Made by a program: the position numbers and the translations under genes
In this document: in pieces, positions 25,080 through 37,208 of the stretch
How the letters are laid out: each line of letters opens with the position of its first letter
Position numbering within the stretch: position 1 is the first letter of the stretch
The notes under the pieces: model-generated
What the model saw: only the letters and a program-made list of their open reading frames with translations
Databases searched by the model: none
What the model was told of the DNA's origin: nothing
Origin: Squalus acanthias
Taxonomy: Eukaryota
NCBI GenBank assembly: GCA_030390025.1
Contig: CM059433.1
Coordinates: 30,382,001-30,446,000 of the forward strand
Reading direction: 5' to 3'
DNA: 64,000 nucleotides

Positions 25080-28000
25080 AGCTGGAATTTTAACTTGGAG
25101 GCAGGTAGGTAGCGGAGGTACTGGAATGCGGGAGAACAGGTTTCCCTCAGTCCCTGCCGAATTTAACGGTCGGGCCTGATTAACATTTTGTTCATTGGGA
25201 GAGCGGAGCGTTTAAAAACAGCGCGGGAACCCGGCGGCAGCGGCAGTGCCGCAGAGCACATCGGGAGAGCGGATTCAAAAACAACCAAAAAACAAGGAGT
25301 GACGTCACTGGACAGCAGCTAGGTGATTGGTTGGTGAGTATTAACTTTTTTTCTCTCTAAGCTAGGACAGTGGTTTAAACTAAGAGCGGGAAACTATAAC
25401 GTCCTTTATTAAATTAAAAGCTTAACTAGATAAACTAATTAATATAACTATAAATAATCATTGAATAAAGATTTTAACTAAATAAATAAATAAAATAAGG
25501 TTAGACTAAGATAAGGCAGAGCAGGTTGTGTGTCTGGACTGCAGTATGTGGGAGTTTGAGGACAGCGAGACTGTCCCGAGCGAACATGTCTGCAGTAGAT
25601 GTCTCGGTCTCGAATCTCTCCGGCTCAGAGTCATTGAGCTGGAGTGCGAGTTTGAGACAGTCCAACACACAAGGGAGGGGGAAGAGTATCTGGACAGTTT
25701 GCTTCAGACTTCGGTCACACCTCGTAGAGGTGCAGGTTCAGAACGGGGTTGGTGTGACCAATAGTGTATAGAGTAAGGGGAACCCAGGTAAGAAAGGGAA
25801 CAGCCTGAATGCGGACCATGGCACTTTGGAGCAGGAGGCTGTCCTAAGGGGGAAGTGGAGGAGGAGAGGAAGCGTAATGTGGTAGTTGTAGGGGATTCTA
25901 TAATTAGGGGGACAGACAGCATCCTTTGTAAGCAAAATCGAGAGTCCCACATTGTATTGTCAGAAATTGTGCTTGAGGCACTACAGATTTACAAAAGGGA
26001 AAACTAAAAGATGTAAAGCGATTAAACCAGGAGAGAGAAATAAGAAACAAGTGAGTAAAATATTAGAGTTGAAGGATCGGCTAGGGTGTGTGGCCCAAAT
26101 AAGCGTTCTTTATACAAAACGCACGGAGTATAAGGAATACATTGAATGACCTGCAGGTGCAAATTAAAATTGGAGGGTATGACATGGTAGCCATTACTGA
26201 GACATGGCTGCAAGACGGTCAGGACTAAATATACCAGGTTATAAGGTCTACAGGAAAGATAGGGAAAATGGTAGAGCTGAGGCATTGTCTGAGTGATGAA
26301 GGATGAAATCACTTCAATAATAAGAGAGGATATAACGAGAGGTAAGCAGGCAGTGGAGACTTAATGGAGAAATAGAAAAGGATTTAAGAGTGTAGTGGGA
26401 GTTGTGTATAGGCCCCCTGGTAGCAGCTGTGAAGTGCTAGCATGTATAAGTGTAGAGATTAGACACGTGTGTAGCAAAGGCAGAGTGGTTTTAATGGGGG
26501 ATTTTAACTTTCATATAGATTGGGATAAGCAGACTAGCACCTGTCAGAAAGATAGTGAATTTCTTGAGTGTGTCCAGGATAGTTTTCTGCAACAATATGT
26601 CCTAGAGGCAACAAGGGGGCATGCCATGTTAGATTTAGTAATGAGTAATGAGCCAGATTTAGTTAACAGCCTAACTGTGCATGAACATTTATCCAATAGC
26701 GATCATAACATGATCGAGTTCAACATAGCGTTTGAAAGGGAGAAACGCGAAACAGCTACTAAGATTCTAGATTTGGGTAAGGCCGACTTCAAGAGGATGA
26801 GCCAGAAACTGTCCACAGTAAACTGGGCAAAAATCTGTTAATGGGTAAAAGGACAGAAGATCAGTGGGAGATGTTCAAAATGTAAGTTGATACAGAACCA
26901 GTTTATACCCCTGAGGGGCAAGAGCTCTACTTACCAAAACAAATCAGCCATGGACGACTAAAGAGGTAAGGGACAGCATAAAACTAAAAGAAAAAGCGTA
27001 CAAAAATGCAAAAAATAGCACAGATCCTGGCGAATGGGAAAGATACAAAGAACAGCAAAGGGTCACAAAACAGATAGTAAGATCAACAAAAAGGGAGTAT
27101 GAAAAGAAACTTGCAAGGAATATCAAAATCAACACAAAGAATTTTTACAATTATATTAGGAAAAAGAGGGTAGTCAGGAGCAATGTCGGCCCCTTAAAAA
27201 CTGAAAGCGGTGATATTGTCAATGATAATAAGGAAATGGTGGACATGTTGAATAATTACTTTGCGTCAGTATTTACAGTAGAGGAAGAAGATAGCATGCC
27301 AGAAATTCCAAGGAAACTAATATTAAATCAGGGACAGGGACTCAATAAAATTAACATAAGTAAAATAACAGAAATGAAGAAAATAATGGCACTAAAGAGT
27401 GACAAATCCCCAGGACCAGATGGTTTCCATCCCAGAGTTTTAAAGGAAGGAGGTGAGCACATTGCAGATGTCCTAACTATAATCTTCCAAAGTTCTCTCG
27501 ATTCAGGAACCATCCTTTAGATTGGAAAATTGCGCATGTCACTCCGCTATTTAAGAATGGCGAGAGAGGGAAACCAGGGAATTATAGACCAGTTAGCCTA
27601 ACATCTGTTATCGGGAAATTGCTAGAGTCTATAATTAGGGATAGGGTAACTGAACACCTCGAGAATTCTCAGCTGATCAGAGAGAGCCAGCATGGATTTG
27701 TGAAAGGTAGGTCATGCCTGACAAACCTGATTGAATTTTTTGAGGAGCTGACTAAAGTAGTGGACAGGGGAATCTCTATGGATGCTATTTATATGGACTT
27801 CCAGAAGGCATTTGATAAAGTCCCAGATAAGAGACTGTTAACTAAGGTAGAAGCCCATGGAATTGAAGGCATGTTATTGACCTGGTTAGGAAATTGGCTG
27901 AGCGGCAGGAGATAGGCAGTAGGGATAATGGGTAGGTACTCAAATTGGCAGGATGTGACTACTGGTGTCCCGCTGGGATCTGTGTTGGGACCTCAATATT

Positions 28001-29827
28001 CACAGTAATTATTAATGACTTAGATGACGGCATAGAAAGTTATATATCAAAATTTGCCGATGACACCAAGCTAGGCAGCATTGTAGGCAGTGTAGATGAA
28101 AGCATAAAATTACAAAGGGATATCAACAGATTAAGTGAATGGGCAAAACTGTGGCAAATGGATTTCAATGTAAGCAAATGCGAGGTCATCCACTTTGGAC
28201 CTAAAAAGGATAGAACAGGGTACTTTCTAAATGGTGAAAATCTAAAATCAGTGGAGGTCCAAAGAGACTTGGGGGTCCAGGTACATAGATCATTAAAATG
28301 TCATGAACAGATACAGAAAATAATTAAAAAGGCTAATGGGATGCTGGCCTTCATATCGAGAGGAATAGAATACAAGGGGGTAGAGGTTATGCTGCAGCTA
28401 TACAAAACCCTGGTTAGACCACACCTGGAGCACTGTGAGCAGTTCTGGGCACCACACCTTAGGAAGGATATATTGGCCTTGGAGGGAGTGCAGCGTAGGT
28501 TTACCAGAATGATACCCGGACTTTAAGGGTTAAGTTACGAGGAGAGATTACACAAATTAAGGTTGTATTCCCTAGAATTTAGAAGGTTAAGGGGTGATCT
28601 GATTGAATTTTTCAAGATATTAAGGGAACGGATAGGGTAGATAGAGAGAAACTATTTCCACTGGTTGGGGAGTCTAGGACTAGAGAGTATAGTCTAAAAA
28701 TTAGAGCCAGATCTTTCAGGAGTGAAATTAGGAAACACTTCTACACACAAAGGGTGGTAGAAGTTTGGAACTCTCTTCCGCAAACGGCAATTTATGCCGG
28801 GTCAATTGTTAATTTTAAATCGGAGATTGATAGCTTTTTGTTAACAAAAGGTATTAAGGGTTTTGGCCAAAGGCGGGTGGATGGAGTTGGTCCACAGGTC
28901 AGCCATGACCTCATTGAATGGCGGAACAGGCTCGAGGAGCTCAATGGCCTACTCTTGTTCCTATGTTCTCTGTTTCCTGCCTACAGCCAGCCACATTGCG
29001 GGTAGCAGAGAGGAGGGAGGGATCGGAGGCCGGGACAGGGTGGTGAGCAAGGGAGGCCGGGGGTCAGAGGGGGTCGGAGATCGCCGGGGGGGGGGGGGTG
29101 GATAAGAAGGCCAGGATCAGGGGGGGTGGGGGCGGAGATTGGAGGCTGAAGAGGGGGTCGGGGGCCGAGAATCAGAGGCCAGACGGGGGTCAGGGGTTGG
29201 GGGCCGAATATTGGAGGCCGAACAGGCGACGGGGGGCCGAGGATCGGAGGCTGGAGGGGGGATCGGAGGCCGGGGTTGGAGGGAGGGGGTGTTCTGAATG
29301 CTGGAGGGGTGATCGGAGATCAGAGGCCATGTGGTGGTGTGGAGGACTCCGTGGGAGATCGGAAGGCCGGGGGATGAGAGAGCGGAGACCTCGGGGTGGA
29401 GGGGGGGGGCGGAGATCGGAAGTCTGGGGGGGAGATCGGAGGCCTGGGCGCGGGGGGGAGATCGTTAGTGTGGTGGGTGGTGTTCGACCGTGGTGGGTTG
29501 GTGAGGCAGGAACGTTGGGATCCAGCAGGTGAGTGGAAAGGCACTTAGCTCCTGGATGCAGCAGTCCTCATCTTCCTTTCGCTGACGGGTTCCCTGAGGC
29601 ACAGGAAACCCGCCCAGCCAGAGTTAAATTTAAAATAGATCTTCAAAATGAGGCACGGAGCCTCATTATAATATTTAAAGTGCCAACCCGCCTCCTGGGA
29701 GCGGGTTGGCCGCTGTCCCGTCTCCGTTAAATCCAGAAGTGGGTGAGTTGGGGTCAGGATTCAGATTTTAAACATTTTAACCTCTCACCCGACCCCAACA
29801 CGTTTTTTGGGGATTAAAATTCACCCC
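25080..29827. mobile_element. Harbinger-type MITE split by a CR1 insertion
   Basis: Ends AGCTGGAATTTTAA (25080) and TTAAAATTCACCCC (29827), flanked by tta/ata. Flanks are contiguous in the inverted copy at 36538-38110. Confidence 0.65.
25197..28968 (+). mobile_element. Near full-length CR1 LINE, decayed (ORF1 partly deleted; ORF2 endonuclease plus RT)
   Basis: ORF1 CLDCSMWE..HVCSRC and VVVVGDSIIRGTD (esterase-like). ORF2 GVVYRPP, MGDFN, SDHNMIEF, KSPGPDG, SQHGF, MDFQKAFDKVP, FADDTKL, LYKTLVRPHLE. Tail TTCCTATGTTC. Confidence 0.92.
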
Positions 29828-30468
29828 ATAGTCTCACTTAAGCCACTTTTTCATTCCTGCAGGTGCAGGCTCTAATCCTTCACACACACATGCCTGCGTA
29901 TACACACACATATAATCTCAGCCATTTGCACTCAAAAAATTTAAGCTGTTAACTGCAGGCTATCCTTCCACAATAAGAAGGCACACACACACATGCATCC
30001 TGACACCAATGGTCTTCCATTGGAAGGCAGCTCTCCATAATGGGTGATAACTATGAAATGACAGTGATGAGATAATAAGCCTGCAGTTACTGAACATTTA
30101 ACTATTTTCATTCACACAATCCGTTACTTTAAGAAGGTGCAAAGATCTAAAGAAAACAATAGCTTTCCCCTCTAAGTGTCACCTGAGTTTGCTACTTTTG
30201 GCACTTTGAATTAAATATAGTTTAATTAATGGTTTGTAAACCCCAGTAATAGAGTGCAATTGGAATGGACAGGCCTGCTTTAAACCAGGACTTCCCTGAG
30301 AACGCTGATTATGAATGAATGAATGAAGCCGATAGATAGCTCAATTTGCTATCCCCACAAGGGTGAACAGGTCTAGTTAAATTATTCATTTAGTGACATG
30401 TAGATGCAGGCAGTTTCATATAGATATGATGTTGATAGATTATTACAATTATCACCACCACTGTAGAA
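29828..30468. repeat. Left arm (main part) of long inverted duplication; the arm continues at 25014-25079
   Basis: Reverse complement of 36538-37208 with high identity by eye (e.g. CTCAATTTGCTATCCCCACAAGGGTGAACAGGTCTAGTTAAATTATTCAT). Confidence 0.9.
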
Positions 30469-31115
30469 GGTTGTGGGTTCGAGACCCACTCCTGAGCACA
30501 TCTCGCTGACACTCCAGTGTAGCGCTGTGGGAGTGCTGCACTGAGAGAGGTGCCACCTTTCTGATTAGACGTTAAACCGAAACCCCGTTTGTCCGCTCAG
30601 GTGGACGTAAAAGATCCTATGTCACTATTTCGAAGAAGAGCAGGAGAGCCCTCCCTGGTGTCCTGGCCAATAATTATGCTTCAACCAACATCACTAAAAC
30701 AGATTATCACATTGCTGTTTGTGGGAGCTTGCTGTGCACAAATTTGCTGCCACGTTTCCTACATTACAACAGTGACTACACTTCAAAAATACTTCATTGG
30801 CTGTAAAGCGCTTTGGGACATCTTGAGGTCAGGCCTATATGTGACTCCAGACCCATAGCAATATGGTTGACTGCCCTCTGAAGTGGCCTAGCAGGATACA
30901 CAGTTGTACCAAACTGCTACGAAAATGTGACACCATCCCTAACAGCACTGTGGGAGTACCTTCACCACATGGACTGCAGCGTTGCAAGAAGGTTCACCAC
31001 CACCTTCTCAAGGGCAATTAGGGATGGGCAATAAATGCTGGCCATGCCAGCGACGCCCGCATCCCATGAATGAATTAAAAAAAGATGAAAGGCACTGTAT
31101 AAATGCAAACTCTTT
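30465..31115 (+). mobile_element. Deu-domain SINE with a LINE 3' fragment (~30835-31083) inserted just before its tail
   Basis: SINE body runs to ..TGAGGTCA, then LINE 3' sequence with A-tail, then the SINE tail resumes at TGAAAGGCACTGTATAAATGCAA. Confidence 0.75.
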
Positions 31116-31519
31116 CTTTTGCTCTTTCTGTCCTTCTAGGCTTTTTTTATAGCCTGATTGAGAAAACTTTGCGTATCATTCAACACTACTCACTTTGTTC
31201 CATCATTTTAAGAGCAGTTTCTAAGCTAACAAACCCCGAGTCTCTGGCAGATCTCTACTCTTGACCTGGAGTTCTGGCCTCCCCTGCTTGGTCAGTCCCA
31301 AACAAGGGACTCTCCTGCCTGCCTAGCCCAATTTTGTTGAAAAGCTCCCACTTCTCTTTCCACTTTCAGATGCTATCAGGCTGTGTACTTCCATCGTTGG
31401 TCTTTTGTCCCCCAGATATAATCCGGAGGCCAACCAATTGAAACAAGTCGATTGAACTAGCTACGAACCCCGAGTGCAGTATATCCTACCAGGGGAGAAT
31501 GGAGCATTTCATTCAATAA

Positions 31520-33040
31520 CAACAAACAACTTGCATTTATACAGCACCTTTATCTAGTAAAACGGCTCAAGGTGCTTCACAGGACTGTTATGAAACAAAA
31601 TTTGACACCGAGTCCCACAAGGAGATATTAGGACAGGTGACCTAAAGCATGGTCAAAGAGGTAGGTTTTAAGGACTGTCTTAAAGGAGGAGAGAGAGGTA
31701 GAGAGGCGGAGAGGCTTAGCGAGGGAATTCCAGAGCTTAGGGCCTAGGCAGCTGAAGGCACAGTCACCAACGGCCAGAATGGGAGGCCCACAGAGATCTC
31801 GGAGGGTTGTAGGACTGGAGGAGGTTATAGAGATTGGGAGGGGTGAGGCCATGGAGGGATTTGAGAACAAGGATGAGAATTTTAAAAACGAGATGCTGTT
31901 TGGCTGGGAGCCAATGTAGGTCAGCAAGCACAGATGTGATGGGTGAACGGGACTTCATAGAATCGTAGAATCTTACAGCACAGAAGGAGGTCATTCAGCC
32001 CATTGTGAATGTGCCGGCTCTTTGAAAGAGCAATCATGCTTAGTCCCACATCCCCGCTTTTTGTCCGTAACCCTATAAGTTTTTCATTCTCAAGTACCTG
32101 TCCAACTCCCTTTTAAAATTATTTATGGAGTCAGCTCCTCCACCCTTTCAGGTAGAGCGTTCCAGAACCCAATAACTCTCTGAGTGAAACAATTTCTCCT
32201 CATCTCTCCTCTAGATCTTTTTCTAATGATTTTAAATTTATGACCTCTAGTTATTGACCCACTTGCCAGAGGGAATAATTTTTCTCTCTGTACTCTATCA
32301 AAAACTCTCATAGTCTTGAAAATCTGTATTAGATCACCTCTTAACCTTCTCTGTTCCACTGAGAACAGTCCTAACTTTTCCAACCTCTCCTCATAACTGA
32401 AGTCTCTCATCCTTGGTAACATCCTGGTAAACCTCCTCTGTACCCTTTCTAAGGCCTTTACATCTTTCCTGAAGTGTGGTGCCCAGAATTGTCGACAACA
32501 CTCCAGCTGAGGCCTAACCAGTGATATATAAAATTCTATCACCATCTCTTTTCTTTTATATTCTATTCCTTTATTTATAAACCCAAGTAACCCATCTGCT
32601 TTTTTAACCACTTTATCAACTTGCCCTGCCACCTTTAAGGATTTGTGTATATGGACACCAAGGTCTCTCTGCTCATCTACACTTTTCAAAATCGTGCCAT
32701 TTATAGTATACTGTCTTTCCATATTAGTCCTCCCAAAGTGCATCGCTTCACACTTCTCCACACTGAACTCCATCTGCCATGCTTCTGCTCATTTCCCCAT
32801 CCTGTCTATGTCATCCTAAGGCCTATCACTATCCTCATCATGATCTACTATTTTGCCAAGTTTCGTAGCATCTGCAAACTTTATAATGCTGCTCCCTACA
32901 CCCGAATCTAGGTCGTTCATAAACATTGAAAAGAGTAATGGACCAAAACTGTCCCTTGGGGGACACCACTGCAACCTTGGTGTGAGTTAGGATACGGGCA
33001 GCAGAGTTTTGGATGAGCTCAAGTTTACGGAGGGTGCAAG
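31520..33040 (-). mobile_element. L2 3' fragment interrupted by CR1 (31956-32975)
   Basis: L2 sequence GGGTGAACGGGACTT resumes as CTTGGTGTGAGTTAGG at ~32976. Confidence 0.8.
31956..32975 (-). mobile_element. 5'-truncated CR1 LINE
   Basis: ORF 32123-32773: FSVEKCEAMHFG..LVRPQLE..QRRFTRM..RRLRGDLI. Tail reads CATAGAATC on +. Confidence 0.9.
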
Positions 33041-33174
33041 GTAGAGTCACAGATCTAAATTTCTATCACTATCAGGTACGAGTGACCAGTGATTTCATTA
33101 GCAATGCATGGACATATTTAGGCATGCGTTACGTGTCTTGGTTAGCTACCTTGACCTTCATATTACCAAAGACG

Positions 33175-33802
33175 TTGCATTGATATAGCACCTTTTATAT
33201 CTTCGGATGTCCCAAAGTACTTTACAGCCAAAGTAGTCCCTATTGCTTTGTAGGCAAACACAGCAGGCAATTTGTGCATAGTAACGTTTTGATGATGTTG
33301 ATTATATTGGCCAGGACACAAGGAAGAACTCCCCTGCTCTTCTTCAAATAGTGCCCTGGAATCTTTTACGTCCACCTGAAATGGCAGGCGGGGCCTCGGT
33401 TTAACGTCGGATCCCAATGATGGCACCTCTGACAGAGCAGCACTCACTCAGTACTGTGTTGATGGGTCAGCCTGCATTATAGAATCATAGAATCTTACAG
33501 CACAGAAGGAGGCCATTTGGCCCAACGTGCCTGTGCCGGCTCTCTGAAGGAGCTACCAATTAGTCTCACTCCCCTGCTCTTTCTCCATAACCCTGTACAT
33601 TTTTCCTTTTTAAGTATATATCCAATTCTCTTTTGAAAGTTACTACTGAATCTGCTTCCACCGCCCTTTCAGGCAGTGCACTCCCAATCACAATAACTCA
33701 CTGAGTAAAAAATATTCTCCGAATCTTGCCCCTGTTTTTTTTGCCAGTTATTTTAAATCTGTGTCCTCTGGTTACCTATCAATCCCAGATTGAAGCTTGA
33801 GC

Positions 33803-33834
<32 letters not shown>

Positions 33835-33855
33835 GCCACTGAGCCAAGGCCGACT
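33175..33855 (-). mobile_element. Deu-domain SINE interrupted by a CR1 tail (~33480-33775)
   Basis: SINE body at 33175-33480, head resumes near 33795 (ACCTTCTGACTCAGAGG); CR1 tail ATAGAATCATAGAATC in between. Confidence 0.7.
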
Positions 33856-33931
33856 CTAATTGCAACCTATAATATTACCAGCCTTCTGTTAGTTAAGTCA
33901 GAGTAAGATGACCTTGTGCATGACCCCTTAC

Positions 33932-34152
33932 CTGATACAGGTAGCACCATTTTTACAAGGATGGTAATCGCAGATAGGGACGTTGCAATTAATAATATTC
34001 TTCCCTCTTACAGCTTCCTCCAAAATGGAAAGTTCATTGTTGTTCACCTGCAGCTCACGGATGCAACCCACATAACTCCGCACCTGTCCCATTTCTTGAA
34101 GTACTTCAGTGTCCACAGGAGCGCCACCAAGATAGATAGGCCCAAAGCTTCC
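33932..34152 (-). CDS. EYS: EYS internal coding exon (221 bp): end of laminin-G domain and start of EGF-like repeat
   Basis: Acceptor tttatattcag|GGA and donor ATCAG|gtaagg. Translation GSFGPIYLGGAPVDTEVLQEMGQVRSYVGCIRELQVNNNELSILEEAVRGKNIINCNVPICDYHPCKNGATCI resembles human EYS ..GCILDLQVNNKEFFIIDEARHGKNIENCHVPWCAHHLCRNNGTCIS. The size matches human exon 35 as I recall it. Confidence 0.93.
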
Positions 34153-34264
34153 CTGAATATAAAGAGTGGGTACACACGTTACTCATAATTCAGAATCAGT
34201 GCAGAAGCAATTGATGAATCCGCGAAACAATACTACTTGGGAATTGATCTTTGAGGTTTCAGCT

Positions 34265-34690
34265 ATGGCATACTGGGTAGCACATTCGCCTCTGAATCAG
34301 AAGATGGGTTCAAGCCCCATTCCAGTGACTTGTGCACTAAATCTGGACTGACACTCCAGTGCAGTACTGAGGCAGTGCTGCACTGTCAGAGGTGCTGTCT
34401 TTCCGATGAGTTGTGAAACCGAGGCCCCGTGCCTTCTCAGGGGGACATGAAAGACCCCATGGCACTTTTCAAAGAAGAGCAGGGGAGTTACCCCGATGTC
34501 ATGGCCAACATTTATCGCTCGACCAACGCCACTAAAACAGATTATCTGGACATTTATTTAATTTCTGTTTGTGAGACCTTGCTGTGCGCAATTTGGCTGC
34601 CACGTTTTCTGCATTACAACAGTTTAAAAATACTTCATTTGCTGTAAAGTGCTTTGGGACGTTGTGCAAGTCACTATATAAATGCAAGTT
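34265..34690 (+). mobile_element. Full-length Deu-domain SINE
   Basis: tRNA-like head (GGGTAGCAC..GGGTTCAAGCCCC), Deu core and TATAAATGCAAGT tail. Confidence 0.8.
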
Positions 34691-34916
34691 CATTCTATTG
34701 CTTACTGGGAAATGGAACACTTTCCCATCTCTGGCACTTAGTATCAGCTTTAAGCACTCAATGGTCAGACACAGTAGTTGCAGACTAGAGGTCCCTCTGC
34801 TCTGCCCAAATAAGGTGCCTCAACCCTGACTTCTGAACAGCATCTCTTGCTACGTTAGACATTTTTTTTTCATTTGGTCTCATCGAATGAAATGGCAACA
34901 ATGTCAAATTAGTGGT

Positions 34917-35497
34917 ACATAGAGTTACATAGAATTTACAGCACAGAAACAGGCCATTCGGCCCAACTGGTCAATGTTCCAACCGAGCCTCCTCCCACCC
35001 TACTTCATCTAACCCTATCAGCATAGGCCAAATGGCCTACTCCTGCTCCTATTTCTTATATCCTTCTATTACTTTCTCCCTCATTTGCTTATCTAGCTTC
35101 CACTTAAATGCATCACCGCTATTCGCCTCAACTACTCCTTGTGGTAGCGAGTTCCACATTCTCACCACTCTCTGGGTAAAGAAGTTTCTCCTGAATTCCT
35201 TATTGGATTTATGAGTGACTATCTTATATTTATGACTCTTAGTTTTGGTCTCCTCCATAAGTGGAAACGTCTTTTCTACTTCAACCTATCAAACTCTTTC
35301 ATGATTTTAAAGACATCTATTAGGTCACCACTCTGCCTTCTCTTTTCTAGGGAAAAGAGTCCCAGCCTGTTCAGTCTTCCATGATCAGAATAACCTCTCA
35401 GTTCTGGTATCATCCTTGTGAATCTATTTTGCACCTTCTGAAGTGCTTCTATTATATTTTATAATATGGAGACCAGAACTGAGCACAGTGCTCTAAG
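34917..35497 (-). mobile_element. CR1 3' fragment
   Basis: ORF 35049-35258 RRNFFTQRVVRMWNSLP; tail reads TACATAGAATT on +. Confidence 0.85.
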
Positions 35498-35764
35498 AGG
35501 AGTTGTGTGCTGTGGGCACAAGCCTATTGAAAACTGTGTTGAAAATGCTCAAAGTTTATTCATGTAAGGCCTTTGGAGCCAACAGAGAAAATAAGTTTTT
35601 ATCTTATCAATCTGGGCTGTGGCTTAAACCAGGTCTTAGGGTTAAAGACCAGAATGCTAACCTACGGCATGACCCAGTCCTCTTGGGCATGCCTCATTGT
35701 TCCTTCTTCATCACTGGCTCAGTATCCTGGAACTTCCTACCTGTCACCATCATGGGAGTACCAA

Positions 35765-36332
35765 CAACAATAACTTGCATTTATATAGCGCCTTAAATGC
35801 AGTAAAATGTCCCAAGGTGCTTCACAGGAACATTATCAGACAAAATTTGACACCAAGCCACATAAGGAGATATTAGGAAAGGTCATCAAAGCGTGGTCAA
35901 AGCAGTAGGTTTTAAGGAGCAACTTAAAGGAAGAAGAGAGAGAAGTAGGGAGGCGGAGAGGTTTAGGGAGGGAATTCCAGGGCTTTGGGGTTTGACAACT
36001 GAAAGCATAGCCGCCACTGGTGGAGCGATGAAAATCATCAGGGATGTGCAAGAGGTTAGAATTTTTGAAGCGCAGTGATCTCGGAGGGTTGTCGGGCTGG
36101 AGGAGGTTATCGAGATAGGGAGGGACGAGGCCATGGAGGGATTTGAAAACAAGGATAAGAATTTTTAAATCGAAGCGTTGCCGGACCGGGAGCCAATGTA
36201 GGTCAGCGAGCACAGGGGTGATGGGTATACGGGACATGGTGCGAGTTAGGACACGGGCAGCAGAGCTTTGGATGAGCTCACATTTACGGAGGGTGTAAGG
36301 TGGGATGCAGGTCGGGAGAGAATTGGAATAGT
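35765..36332 (-). mobile_element. L2 3' fragment inserted into a + strand LINE 3' relic (35690-35762 and 36335-36460)
   Basis: ORF 35836-36468: DYSN..SAARVLTRT..LADLHWLPVRQR..FKSLHGL. Confidence 0.85.
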
Positions 36333-36537
36333 CAGCACACAGACTGCAGCAGCTCAAAGAGAAGGTCCACCACCACCACCACCACCACCTTCTCGGGGCC
36401 ACTAGGGATGGGCAATAAAAGCCCACCTTGCTAGCGTCACCTACATTCCAAGAACAAATCTTTAACACAAGTTAGATTTTATCTTAAAACGATCATGTGC
36501 TATTATTTGATTAAAAAAATCCTAAATATCCCATGAA

Positions 36538-37208
36538 TTCTACAGTGGTGGTGATAATTGTAATAATCTATCAACATCATATCTATATGCAATTGCCTGC
36601 ATCTACATGTCACTAGATGAATAATTTAACTAGACCTGTTCACCCTTGTGGGGATAGCAAATTGAGCTATCTATCTGCTTCATTCAGTCATTCATAATCA
36701 GCGCTCTCAGGGAAGTCCTGGTTTAAAGAATGCTCGTACATTCCAATTGCACTCTATTACTGTGGTCCTGAGCTTTACAAACCATTAATTAAACTATATT
36801 TAATTCAAAGTGCCAAAAGTAGCACACTCAGATGACACTTAGAGGGGAAAGCTATTGTGTTCTTTTAGATCTTTGTACCTTTTTAAAGTAACGGATTGTG
36901 TGAATGAAAATAGTTAAATGTTCAATAACTTCAGGCTTATTATCTCATCACTATAATTTCATAGTTATCACCTATTAGCTGCCTTCCGATGGAAGAACGT
37001 TGGTGTTAGGGTGTGTGTGTGTGCCTTCTTATTGTGTGTGTGTGCCTTCTTATTGTGGAAGGATAGACTGAAGTTAACAGCTTAAATCTTGTGAGTGCAA
37101 ATGGCTGAGATTATACATGTGTGTGTGTGTGTGTGCGTGTGTGTGGGCGTGTGTGTGAAGGGTGGGAGTATGAACCTGCATGAATGAAAAAGTGGCTTGT
37201 GAGACTAA
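36538..37208. repeat. Right arm (main part) of long inverted duplication; the arm continues at 38044-38110
   Basis: Reverse complement of 29828-30468. 38044-38110 is the reverse complement of 25014-25079. Confidence 0.9.

Noticed and set aside
34265..34340. tRNA-like sequence
   Set aside because: It is the tRNA-derived head of a SINE, not a tRNA gene.
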